Source: an uncultured Nitrososphaerales archaeon (GTDB taxonomy: Archaea; Thermoproteota; Nitrososphaeria; Nitrososphaerales; Nitrososphaeraceae). From it: a DNA stretch of 64,000 nucleotides. The notes beneath the pieces are model-generated. The model saw only the letters and a list, made by a program, of their open reading frames with translations, made no database searches and had not been told where the DNA came from. A program made the translations under genes and the position numbers. The stretch spans positions 1-64,000 of the forward strand of contig CAWJCY010000006.1 of NCBI GenBank assembly GCA_963841565.1, read 5' to 3'. Below, piece by piece: positions 20,081 through 30,631 of this stretch. Numbering within the stretch: position 1 is the first letter of the stretch; each line of letters starts with the position of its first letter.

Positions 20081-22610
20081 ATGTCGATAACGCCGCGAGT
20101 GAGTTCAGCATTGAAGGCTGTGGATATCGTGCAGATCCCACCACCATTAATTATAGGAGAAAGACTCAACACTCAAGGCTCAAAGAAAGCCAAGGAACTA
20201 GTCCTTAGTAACGACTTTGATGGACTCCTTAAGTTGGCTAGAACTCAGGTTGAAGACGGAGCTCATTGCCTAGATGTTTGTGTTGCTACAACTGAACGCT
20301 CAGACGAAATGGAATTCATGACAATACTGGTCAAGAAGCTTAGCATCGAAATTGGGGCTCCCTTGGTCATAGATTCCACTGATCCGCTCGTTATTGAATC
20401 CGCACTAAGACAAATTCCTGGGAAACCCATAATAAACTCCATAAATCTAGAAGGAGATGGAAATCGATTTCATAAACTACTCCTCTAATGAGGAAATTTG
20501 GCGTTCCAGCAGTAGCTATGTGTATCGGTCCCCAAGGCATGGCGAAGACTGCGGAAGAAAAAGTTAAGACTGCTGAGCTGCTCTTCAATTCAGGCAATAA
20601 ATATGATTTAAAGCCCTGGCAGTATCTATTTGATGTATTAACTTTCACTTTAGCAACAGGGGAGACCGAATTTGTAAATTCAGCAAAAGAAACGCTGGAT
20701 GGGATACGACTAGTAAAGAAGAGATTTCCGGAAAGCTTCACAACTCTAGGGCTAAGCAATGTGAGCTTTGGTCTAGCTCATAATGCTAGGAAGATCCTTA
20801 ATTCGGTCTTCCTTTACCATGCATTACAATATGGTTTAGATACTGTCATCATAAATGCGAAGGATGTAATACCGTACGCTTCTATTAGCTCGCACGAGAA
20901 AAAACTTGCCGAAGATCTGATTTTTAATCGAAATAGTAATTCGCTAAGTGAATTTATTTCTTATTTCGAACGATCTACGACTACAGATAAGTATAGCAAA
21001 TCAACTAACAGACTAGAAGTAGATCCTTCGTGGGACGCCAGCCAGCGATGTTACTTCCGCATTGTAAATAGACTAAAAGAAGGAATTGAAAATGACGTCG
21101 TTGCTGCTATCGCCGAAAGATGTGACAAGAATGATGCAGTACTGGAGGAAAAGATTGATGAATTTGGCGTTTCTCACAAGGTTCTGCATAGCTCTAGTAG
21201 GGTTGCACACGAATCGGCTGTCAGAACCTTAAATGAAGTTCTGCTTCCTGCAATGAAAGAGGTTGGCGATAAATTTGGTGCAGGTGAAATCATCCTGCCG
21301 TTTGTTCTCAAATCTGCAGAGTGTATGAAGGCAGCAGTTGCAGAATTGGAGAAGTATCTGATCAAGCAGGAAGGGGTTACCAAGGGAAAATTGGTACCTG
21401 TACTGTGTATGGAGATGTTCATGACATCGGAAAAAATCTTGTTAAAACCATCGTGACCAATAATGGGTATACCGTTTATGACCTTGGTAAACAAGTAGGA
21501 CTTCAGACTTTAGTAGATAAAATAAAGGAGGTGAAACCTGATGCCGTGGGATTGTCTGCATTGCTAGTTTCAACTTCGAAGCAGATGCAATATTTTGTTG
21601 AATATGCCAGGACAAATGACATCAAGATTCCTATTCTATGTGGAGGTGCCGCAATAAATAGCAATTACATAAATCGGATAGCAAAGGATGGAGGAATTTA
21701 TGATACAGGGGTTTTCTATTGTAAGACAGCGTTCGATGGATTAAAAGTAATGAATAGTTTAACGTCAGATCAAAGAGAATCGTTCTTATCTGACTGGAAG
21801 CAAAAATTGAGTAAATGGAAAGATAATATTTCATATTCTAAAAAGGCTGACGTGTTACCTCATAGCAAGATAGTCCCAGTCACACCACCAAACCCTCCTC
21901 ACATTAACAAGATTATAAGAATCAATCAGAAAGATATTGATCTTTACGAGGTATGGAAGTTACTAAATAAAAAATCGCTATTTGTATTGTCATGGGGAAT
22001 CCGGGGTAAATCCATCAACAAGATAGAGTCAGATCCCGAAGCTCTGCTAATAGAATGGCAAGACAGAGTTGTGAAGCAGAAATTGTTTACGTGTAGCGTC
22101 GTTTATGGATATTTCAAATGCCACAATAGAAACAACGTCCTTCAGGTAGAGATTCCCGACGGTGCTGGAGACGTAAGTTTCGACTTTCCGAGATCATCAT
22201 TAGAGAAACACCTGTGCATTACAGATTACTTTGGTAAAAACGACATAGTTGCATTCCAAGTGGTTACTGTAGGAAAAAGAGCCAGTTCTGTTATTGAGGA
22301 ATGGAATCAGGAAAATAGATACACTGACGCTTACTATCTACATGGCCTTGCTGTAGAAACAGCTGAAGCGTTAGCAGAATGGGTTAATCACAGAATTAGA
22401 TTTGACTTGAATATCGTTCCGCCAAGGGGATTGAGATATAGTTGGGGGTATCCAAGCTGTCCAGATGTTTCTCAACATCACCTAGTTTGGAAACTTCTGG
22501 ATCCGTCTAAATCAGACATATTCCTTACGGAAGCCGGGCAGATAATTCCTGACCAATCAACTGCGGCAATAGTAGTCCACCATCCTGAGGCTGAGTATTT
22601 CGTCATCTGA
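20081..22610 (+). CDS. metH: B12-dependent methionine synthase, pterin/cap/cobalamin/activation modules; frameshifts near 20480 and 21398
   Basis: IIGERLNTQGSK, GLSNVSFG, GDVHDIGKNLV, RYSWGYPSCPD across three frames. Confidence 0.9.
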
Positions 22611-22714
22611 ATCGATATTATTTGTTAACGAGCGGCAATTCTTCCGTAAAATATCGCAGAACATCTAGAGATCTGTTTTTATATATAGTATATGATTGCA
22701 AACTTTACTGACTA

Positions 22715-23038
22715 TTGCCAATAAATGATTTCGCCCTCGCGTGTGCTATCGATAATTCCCCTGCTTACTTCACATATGAGGGAACCACGATGGTAATTAT
22801 CACATCGCAGGAAACGTCTAGGAGAGGCTCAAGCGATTTCGATGAGATAGAGCCTTACATGGATTCCTTAATTGCTCACGAATCAATTCATGTAGTGATT
22901 GGTCAAATTGAGAGTTCAGAAATATCTGATTCCCTTGACGATATAGAAGTTATAGTTGAAAGAAACGGGCACAAATTTCAAGTTACCATAAATAATATCT
23001 TGTTTGCCACAGATTCTTCCGGAATTGTGACGCCATAA
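22715..23038 (+). CDS. Small hypothetical protein with HExxH motif
   Basis: LIAHESIHVVI; TATA-like TTTTATATATA ~30 nt upstream. Confidence 0.6.
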   Translation: MPINDFALACAIDNSPAYFTYEGTTMVIITSQETSRRGSSDFDEIEPYMDSLIAHESIHVVIGQIESSEISDSLDDIEVIVERNGHKFQVTINNILFATDSSGIVTP

Positions 23039-23154
23039 ATTAACCTATATTATATCTTGGCATCATTTACTAATTCATTTGACATGCCCTCCCTTTTTTA
23101 TTGGACATGTAATTTATGATATTTACCACAACACAAAGTAACATAAACCAGCGA

Positions 23155-24024
23155 TCATGCATAATCAGTAATTTTTCGATTGATGCTATCTCTTACAATT
23201 TTTTTTATCTGCTTCTTCTCATGAAAATTCGGATTTTTGTTGAGTCCAGATAAAAATTCTATCTCTTCCTGTAAGAGGTCAATCTTTTCTTCAAATATTT
23301 GGTTGAAGAGCATTTTTTGATAGATCCTCTGGATCATGCCTATGTGCGAATAAATAGCTGTAAGATTATCAATCAAACCGTTGTCACTAAGTATTTTCGC
23401 AAACGTAGATTTTTGAGGCTTGACCAAAGATTCCCCAACGATACGTTTATCCGATGAAATCACCTTAAACCTACTTTCATTCGAATATCCAATTATGGAA
23501 GCAGGCAATAATCTGAATAATCCGTATTTTTGAATTCTCGCGGTGTGTTTCTTGTCAAAAACCACAACCGATCGTCCGAACGCCAATATCGCATTGATAA
23601 CCTGTCTAGGGAGTCTTTCATCAAGTGAATCATTGTCGGATTTAAATTCTACAGGAATGAGATCAACCAGATCAGCTCGGCAATTCTCTTCTCTAGCAAA
23701 GGCAAGTAATTCTGAAGTACGCATTGTTAGGTTGTGGTATCTATCATACATGTCGATTGATTCAATCTTTATCCTCGTTGGCAAATTTCTTTGCAAGCTG
23801 ATGACACCTATCACAAGATCAAAATATCTGAAGTAAGCTTCTCTTTTTATTCTCACTATCTTTTCTGCTTTCTGAGGTGATGGTATCTCAATTATTTCGT
23901 CTATTCCTTGGATTTTACCAGAAAGAAGTGATTCAATAAACAGTTTCTGGAGGTCTTGCTCATTCATTTTTATTTCGACGATGAGAGACTTTCCTGAAGT
24001 ACTGATCGGCATATCCGTTGCCAA
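23155..24024 (-). CDS. Hypothetical protein, possible PD-(D/E)XK nuclease fold
   Basis: YFDLVIG...PVEFKSDNDSLDERLPRQ pattern; long clean ORF downstream of trpA. Confidence 0.55.
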   Translation of the reverse strand: MATDMPISTSGKSLIVEIKMNEQDLQKLFIESLLSGKIQGIDEIIEIPSPQKAEKIVRIKREAYFRYFDLVIGVISLQRNLPTRIKIESIDMYDRYHNLTMRTSELLAFAREENCRADLVDLIPVEFKSDNDSLDERLPRQVINAILAFGRSVVVFDKKHTARIQKYGLFRLLPASIIGYSNESRFKVISSDKRIVGESLVKPQKSTFAKILSDNGLIDNLTAIYSHIGMIQRIYQKMLFNQIFEEKIDLLQEEIEFLSGLNKNPNFHEKKQIKKIVRDSINRKITDYA

Positions 24025-24042
24025 CGGTACCTGAGAAGATTA

Positions 24043-24873
24043 CTAATGGCGACATGCATCCTTCATAATGCGAACAAAATCGTAGAGGTCATTTAACATA
24101 TTTGGATTATGCTCGGATGTTTTTATAATATTGACAAGGGCGCTCCCAATAATTATTGCGTCGGCACCAGCTGAAACCATCATGGAAACATGATCGGGTT
24201 TTTGCACTCCAAAGCCTACGGCTACCGGAAGGTAGGAATTTGAATTTTGTCGAAGTTCAACTATCCTTTTTATGGAACGGTCATAAAGCATATTTCTGAC
24301 ACCGGTGACACCATAAACTGAAACGGCGTACAAGAAGCCTGTAGAAGCCTTCATAATTCTACGTATACGATTCTCTTCTGTATTTGGAGAAACTATGAAA
24401 ATGGATGCTAACCCAAGCTCGTGAGAAATTTTGGTGTATTCCTCTGATTCCTCAATCGACATATCAGGTAAAATAAAACCATCAATACCTGAAACTCTTG
24501 CTTTAGCCATAAAGTACTCAAATCCTGCACGATATAAGATATTGCTATAGGTCATAAATATGAGTGGTAAGTCAGGAAATATCCGCCTGGTAGTCTTAAC
24601 TAATGTAACGCATTGTTGAGGCCTAACTCCATGGGTTAAGGCATGGTGAGAGGCTTCCTGAATAACTGGGCCATCGGCAATAGGATCGGAAAAAGGGATT
24701 CCTATTTCAATCATGTCTGCTCCCGCTTTAACCAATGTTTCAATAACAGGCGCATTCGTTTTTAAATCGGGGAATCCTGCTACCATATAGCAGATCAAAG
24801 CTGCCTGCTTTCTTTCTCTTAATTCACTAAATTTTTTTCCAATTCGATCGTCCATCTTTTTGACAGCTATCAT
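24043..24873 (-). CDS. trpA: Tryptophan synthase alpha chain
   Basis: [29 protein letters not shown]. Confidence 0.96.
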   Translation of the reverse strand: MIAVKKMDDRIGKKFSELRERKQAALICYMVAGFPDLKTNAPVIETLVKAGADMIEIGIPFSDPIADGPVIQEASHHALTHGVRPQQCVTLVKTTRRIFPDLPLIFMTYSNILYRAGFEYFMAKARVSGIDGFILPDMSIEESEEYTKISHELGLASIFIVSPNTEENRIRRIMKASTGFLYAVSVYGVTGVRNMLYDRSIKRIVELRQNSNSYLPVAVGFGVQKPDHVSMMVSAGADAIIIGSALVNIIKTSEHNPNMLNDLYDFVRIMKDACRH

Positions 24874-26081
24874 TTTGATTTCATTTCATATCCTGAAAAT
24901 TCATTACGTTCCAAAAGAATATTGATGTCTTTGTCACCTCGACCAGATAGAGTAACGACTACATTTTTACTTCGTCCTATTTTTTTAGCCAGCTTCATAG
25001 CATAAGCCAATGCATGAGATGATTCCAGAGCTGGAATGATCCCTTCATATTTGCACAGTGTCATAAAGGCGTTGATTGCATCACGATCTGTACAACTTAC
25101 ATACGTTGCTCTCCGAGTATCTTTAAGATACGCATGTTCTGGTCCGACTCCCGGATAGTCGAGGCCCGCTGAAATGCTATGGGTATCGAGTACCTGACCA
25201 AACTTGTCCTGCAAAAGGTAACTCCTCATTCCGTGTAAAACCCCGACGGTTCCGGCATTTAGACTAGCGGAGTGCTTTCGCGTGCTTAGCCCTTTTCCCC
25301 CGGCTTCGACTCCGTAGAGAGAAACCTCTCGCTCATTAAGGAGGGGGTAGAAGCTTCCGATAGCGTTGCTGCCTCCTCCAACACAAGCAACTACAGCGTC
25401 GGGAAGTTGTCCAAATTTTTCTTTTGCCTGGTTTTTAATCTCACTTCCTATCACACTCTGGAAATCCCGAACTATTGTTGGATAGGGATGTGGTCCCACT
25501 ACAGATCCAATCAAATAGTATGTATCTTCAACATTTGATATCCAATCCCTTAATGCTTCATTAATGGCATCTTTCAAGGTTTGACTTCCAGAACTAACTT
25601 CATGAACTTTGGCGCCGAGTAGCTGCATCCTAAGTACGTTCTGGCTTTGCCTCTGAGTGTCTTTGAGACCCATGTAAACCTCTGCGTTCAGATTTAGGGT
25701 TGCACACGCAATGGATGTCGCAACTCCATGTTGTCCCGCACCTGTTTCTGCAATAATCCTTTTTTTTCCCATCCTTTTGGCCAATAATCCCTGGCCTAAA
25801 GTATTGTTAATTTTATGAGCACCTCCGTGTAGCAGGTCTTCTCTCTTTAGGTAGATCTTGGCACCGCCTGTGTATTCCGTTAGATTTTTTGCATAGTAGA
25901 GCGGTGTTGGCCGTCCTGCATATTCATTTAGATAATAGCGTAGTTGACTTTTAAACAGAGGATCTTTCTTGCATTTAGCATATGCCCTCTCTAGTTCCTG
26001 GATAGGTGGAACCAGCGTTTCAGGTATAAAGCTTCCCCCGTATCTTCCAAATCTTCCCTCGCTAAGATGATCTTTGGACAT
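24870..26081 (-). CDS. trpB: Tryptophan synthase beta chain
   Basis: [38 protein letters not shown]. Confidence 0.97.
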   Translation of the reverse strand: MSKDHLSEGRFGRYGGSFIPETLVPPIQELERAYAKCKKDPLFKSQLRYYLNEYAGRPTPLYYAKNLTEYTGGAKIYLKREDLLHGGAHKINNTLGQGLLAKRMGKKRIIAETGAGQHGVATSIACATLNLNAEVYMGLKDTQRQSQNVLRMQLLGAKVHEVSSGSQTLKDAINEALRDWISNVEDTYYLIGSVVGPHPYPTIVRDFQSVIGSEIKNQAKEKFGQLPDAVVACVGGGSNAIGSFYPLLNEREVSLYGVEAGGKGLSTRKHSASLNAGTVGVLHGMRSYLLQDKFGQVLDTHSISAGLDYPGVGPEHAYLKDTRRATYVSCTDRDAINAFMTLCKYEGIIPALESSHALAYAMKLAKKIGRSKNVVVTLSGRGDKDINILLERNEFSGYEMKSK

Positions 26082-26359
26082 TTTATAGCGATGCTCTAGA
26101 ATTGAATTATCATGCTATTAAGACGTTATCTTCTTCAACTAAATCTCAAGACCTGGAATGTTTTCCCAACTAGAAAGATATTGTATGGACTTTGAGTGTC
26201 ATAGTAACGTTGTTAGCAAATTTATTATTTCTTACTATCGTTAGTTTGGACATGATATAACTGGAATATAGCTTGAACATCTGAATGAAAAATGGTCCGA
26301 ACCTGCGTCCTAGAATCGCTTATATACTTCAATGTGATTCATATTATTACTGCTACGAA

Positions 26360-26869
26360 TTGAGTAGTACAGCTAGTGGGTTTATCAAGACTATTGAATC
26401 AGGATCAAAACATCTTTTGATCAAGAGGTTTACCTTTAGATATCCAGAGGAGAAGTTGAAATTTGTTGGCGATGGATATCAGTTTGATCCAAAGCGTGGT
26501 GTAGGGATAGCTGGATATAGAGGAAGACATATTCTCTTTCATGACAAATGTACAGGATGTCAGTTATGTGCCATTGCATGCGAAGGTATAGCAGAAGCCA
26601 TTGGAATGGTCAAAGTTGATGAACAGTGGAAGCAAAACAAGAAAGCAATAATGCCACAAATCGATTATGGAAAATGCGTCTTTTGTGGATTATGCGTTGA
26701 TGCCTGCCCATTCTATGCATTGTACATGACAGATGATTATGAATTATCAGCCTTCACAAAAGAGCACTTGATATATACACCTGCCCAATTAGCAGTAAAA
26801 CCAAAGTACGATGGAGAAGTGGAAATTAAGATAGATAGGATGGGTGCTAATCATCGTCCTCGTGAGTAA
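26360..26869 (+). CDS. nuoI: Complex I subunit I (NuoI-like 2[4Fe-4S] protein), stand-alone
   Basis: TFRYPEEK, GYRGRH, CTGCQLCAIAC and CVFCGLCVDACP; TTG start at 26360 preferred. Confidence 0.85.
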   Translation: MSSTASGFIKTIESGSKHLLIKRFTFRYPEEKLKFVGDGYQFDPKRGVGIAGYRGRHILFHDKCTGCQLCAIACEGIAEAIGMVKVDEQWKQNKKAIMPQIDYGKCVFCGLCVDACPFYALYMTDDYELSAFTKEHLIYTPAQLAVKPKYDGEVEIKIDRMGANHRPRE

Positions 26870-26911
26870 AAAATGAAACTAATTATGATAAACCATGCCG
26901 ATTTTTGGGAC

Positions 26912-27379
26912 TCACTTTACAACCAATACTGGGCAGTGCGCGTACATCACGGTATCAGAGGCAACACTTCCTAAAAGAAGCCTCTTGAAACCAGACCTCC
27001 CGCGTGTGCCAATTACTATGAGGTCTGCTTTAGCATCTTCGGAGAAGTTGACGATAATTCCAGAAACTTTCACTGAACTCAGTATTATCTTCGTCTGAAA
27101 ATTGATCAAACTTTCATTGTCTATTGCATTCCTAATTCTCTTAAACCATGGTTCAGATTCTATTTTTGCTTCATTCATGATTTTCTTAATTTGATCTGGC
27201 ATTTTTTCTTCAGTCATATCTGAATCAAATTCGTTATGGACCCGAGCAGATACCACATATAAGGCCGTTAATTGAGAATTGTACAATTCAGCAAGGCTAA
27301 TTGCGTAATCAGCTGCATCAAATGACGGTTCAGAACCATCAATTGCGACAACAATTTTCAAAAAATTTGGCTCGCTCAA
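26912..27379 (-). CDS. Universal stress protein (UspA family)
   Basis: KIVVAIDGSEPS, IVIGTRGRSGFKRLLLGSVA, CPVLVVK. Confidence 0.93.
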   Translation of the reverse strand: MSEPNFLKIVVAIDGSEPSFDAADYAISLAELYNSQLTALYVVSARVHNEFDSDMTEEKMPDQIKKIMNEAKIESEPWFKRIRNAIDNESLINFQTKIILSSVKVSGIIVNFSEDAKADLIVIGTRGRSGFKRLLLGSVASDTVMYAHCPVLVVK

Positions 27380-27510
27380 TCGAAGAACTTAATTGTTAAC
27401 ATGGACGTTTAAACCTTTATTTCTCATAATATCACAAACACATGCTTGCTCATGCAAACGAAAGGATGGAATACAGAAATGGCTAAATCCTTGCGAACGG
27501 AAGGAAACCT

Positions 27511-27835
27511 ATGGAATACCTCACCGATCTGGTCACCACGGTTCCCGGAGGAACTAGCCCAGTCAAAGTCGATGAATTGAAGGCGAGCGGAGGCAGTGCG
27601 CGCCGCTGAGCTAGCCAAAGCAGGCCATTTGGTCAGGCTCTGGCGCCCGCCGCTCGAGCCAGGCGAATGGCGCAGCATTGGGCTGTTCCGAGCCGCCGAC
27701 GAGGCAGAGCTTCAGCAGGTCCTCGACTCGTTACCCCTTCATATCTGGATGAAGGTCACCATTACGCCGCTGACTCCGCATCCCAATGATCCAGAATATA
27801 TCGCCCGTCAAGCCGTGGATCACCCGCAGGCTTAG
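27511..27835 (+). CDS. Muconolactone delta-isomerase family protein, GC-rich, one frameshift near 27586
   Basis: MEYLTDLVTTVP...EAVRAAELAKAGHLVRLWR...LDSLPLHIWMKVTITPLTPHPNDP; AAGGAAA upstream of ATG. Confidence 0.75.
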
Positions 27836-28395
27836 CGGCTGGCGATCTCGTACATTATGTAACACATGATATAGAAGACCACTAATGATCATAAGAACGC
27901 ATCAGAAAGCTACAATGAAGAACTCAAAGAGATTACGGAAAGACATAGGAAGTGAGTGATTGAATAGAGTTACTAACTACTGAATCCTTTTTTATTAGCA
28001 AGGGACGGAATCCGTCACCCCCATCAAACCAAATTCAGAAGGAGTAGAGGCTGCTTTGGTACCATTGGTCTCTTGTTCTTGTATGATAAATGCAGTCAAC
28101 CATGACGATTCAAGTTTCCTTAACCCTTTCGATGAAACTAGTAGTAGTTTAGCGCCGTCTAAAGGATTTGAAACCTTTATTTTGATTTCGCCTTTCGAGG
28201 GACCGTTACCGTCTCATAAGGATGACATGATATGCATATCGTATCGCGAGTACCTGAGTATCTTTGAATTTATTAAGATGATTTAATAGGGAGCAGAAAA
28301 TAGTTATTGTCAAAGGCACCTCGATATTCGTTGATGTTTTACTCATATAACCTGTCTACATATTTCTTATAAACAAATAAAATCAGCTCATCAAT

Positions 28396-28641
28396 ATGGG
28401 CCTCGCAAGAAAATCCACACTACTGGCAATAATGTCAGTCGCGTTCGTATGCACCGTAGTCATCAGCACCATAGCACCCGCATTCGCCCTGACCAAGTAC
28501 TTTAATTGTACTACTAGGGCTGCCAACAAGCATGCAGATCTTACCTTGGAAGATGTAAACGAGTGCTATTACAAGATATTTGTGGGTGCAAGAGAATATT
28601 ACCTGAATGAAACTTCGGTGTTGAATGTGCCGACTAAGTAA
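28396..28641 (+). CDS. Small secreted two-Cys hypothetical protein
   Basis: Signal peptide ending PAFA; YFNC...TLEDVNECY; TATA-like CTTATAAA upstream. Confidence 0.65.
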   Translation: MGLARKSTLLAIMSVAFVCTVVISTIAPAFALTKYFNCTTRAANKHADLTLEDVNECYYKIFVGAREYYLNETSVLNVPTK

Positions 28642-28862
28642 TATCTGCTTTGTTCTAAAAACGAAGCACTTACTAGTGTGCATATTCTAAGTTCACCCAA
28701 ATTTTTTCAAGGGAAAACCCTAGTGTTCACTGCACGGGGTTAGTACATGATAGCTGATCTCTTTCAATTTCATTTGCCTCAATTTTTTGAGGATGGGTTA
28801 CAGATTTTGTTTTTATCGAAGTTAAATTTAATACCCAGTACCTGACTAACATAACTAGATAA

Positions 28863-28927
28863 ACGTGGCGCCTGACGGGCGAACTGACCTTTAATAGGGA
28901 TGAAGATTTCCGCCACGTAATTGATGA
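28863..28927 (+). other. GC-rich stem-loop with box D/C-like motifs upstream of cdc6 (possible ncRNA)
   Basis: ACGTGGCG (28863-70) pairs with CGCCACGT (28911-18); internal CTGA-cct-ttaat-agg-GATGA; TTGATGA follows. Confidence 0.35.
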
Positions 28928-29055
28928 GGAGTTTGCGGATATGGAAGCATTTTTATCATAAATAGATTGTTAAATAGTTGAATTTTGATAAAAGTCTGTA
29001 ATTAATACGGCAAGTAATATTATATCAGAGTTATGGGTATTCTGGATAATCCACC

Positions 29056-30221
29056 ATGTCAGAGAGCAAAATATTCAAAGATAGATCAAAGCTATCGCCA
29101 AGATATATTCCAACAGAGCTCCCTCATAGAGAAAGAGAGATAAACAGGATAAGAGATGTGTTTAAAGAGTCATACACAAACCCGGAAAAATTCCCTCTTT
29201 CCATAATACAGCTGATTGGTCCTGCCGGACTTGGAAAAACATCTAGTGTTCTCAAGGCTTCCAAAACTATAGCCGAGGAATTTGCTAATCACGGACATTC
29301 ACTCAATGTAGCCTATGTAAATTTGAAGCTCCAGGGCGGCAACAAGTATGGCATTTACAGATTTTTATTAGAAAAATTTGCACCTGATTTACCATCGCAG
29401 GGGCTCAGTGCTGAGGAGATGCTTAGATATCTTTTACATCATCTTCACCTGAAGAGGAAGTACGGTCTAATTGTATTAGATGAGATTGACTATTTAATCA
29501 AGACTACAAAGGATACTGGAATAATCTATGATTTGACAAGACTCAATGAATTTGAACCTGACAGTTCATGTGATGTGAAAGGAGTAATATTCATTGCCAG
29601 AAGTAAAGAATTCCACGGTAAACTGGACCAAGCTGAAATAGTACACTTGGTCGATTTCCAATGGAATTTTTTCCATACACTCTAGAACAGGTTACCGATA
29701 TATTGGTCAAGAGATGCTCTGAAGCATTTAATGACACAGCTATCGGATCGGACATGATCGATGAAATAGCAAAGATGACGATAATGCCGCACAACAATAG
29801 TGACATACGGTTTGCGCTAGATTTACTTCTCTATTCGGGAAATCTTGCCGAGGCACGAGCTATGGACAGAATAACACTTGACCAAATACGGGAAGTGTAT
29901 GGCAGAATAAGGCCCTCTATGACCCCTGATGACTTTAACGATCTATCAATGAATCAGACATATACGCTACTGGCCCTCGTTAGAACTTTGCGAATGAAAA
30001 AGAGGCAATATGCAGAACTTAAGGAGATACGACTATCTTCAATGGAACTGATGCAAGAATACAAATTAAAGAAGCTGGACATAGAAGACCACTTGCATGA
30101 TCTTCACACTAGAAAAATTATTGAAGTGAACTCATTGAGGGATATAGGAATACCATCTCAATCATTGGAAGAGCTTGAGTCAATGATTCAAAGAAAAGTA
30201 AAGCTAACACGACGACATTAA
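29056..30221 (+). CDS. cdc6: Orc1/Cdc6 replication initiator; frameshift near 29640
   Basis: LSPRYIP..LPHRE, GPAGLGKT Walker A, IVLDEID Walker B, FFPYT..Q..DIL..R, DIRFALDLL, wHTH tail. Confidence 0.9.
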
Positions 30222-30235
30222 ATTAACGAGCACAT

Positions 30236-30526
30236 ATGAACCCCGCAGAGACTGTGGAAGTTGGGTTAGGAAGTATTGGAAGGGTGAAGATATTGAAAGC
30301 CTTAACAGAGGAACCTAGGATGCTCACGATTTATGCACTGCAGAAAAAGACTCACCTGAAAAGAGAAGATATCAAGAAGAATCTCCGGGATCTCAAATCC
30401 ATAGGTTGGGTAAATGAAAGTAGACTTGCTAACTCCGTCTACAGCCTAAATAGAGATAACGAGTATATACGCCATCTAACTACATTTTTTCTGAATGTAG
30501 GATATGTAGAGGAGCACGTTTATTAA
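30236..30526 (+). CDS. Winged-helix DNA-binding protein
   Basis: LGSIGRVKILKAL...TIYALQKKTHLKREDIKKNLRDLKSIGWV. Confidence 0.75.
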   Translation: MNPAETVEVGLGSIGRVKILKALTEEPRMLTIYALQKKTHLKREDIKKNLRDLKSIGWVNESRLANSVYSLNRDNEYIRHLTTFFLNVGYVEEHVY

Positions 30527-30631
30527 TCCTGTACCCTCCCGCAGCTGTCCTCCAATGATAAGCACGGACTAAACCAGTGGATACATCTGCAACAAAAAAA
30601 GGAATAATAATAAGATTTGTAAAACCTGGAT

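Noticed and set aside
19046-22610. MetH split into four genes as a novelty
   Set aside because: The two-gene split is usual in this lineage; the further breaks are single-base indels consistent with sequencing error
27994-28290. ORFs on either strand between the isomerase and the secreted protein gene
   Set aside because: No recognisable motifs; the minus-strand open frame lacks a start after an in-frame stop
28650-29055. Replication origin (ORB boxes) upstream of cdc6
   Set aside because: The region is AT-rich, but I could not find convincing repeated TTCCA..GAAA..GGGG ORB motifs by eye; the origin is neither supported nor excluded
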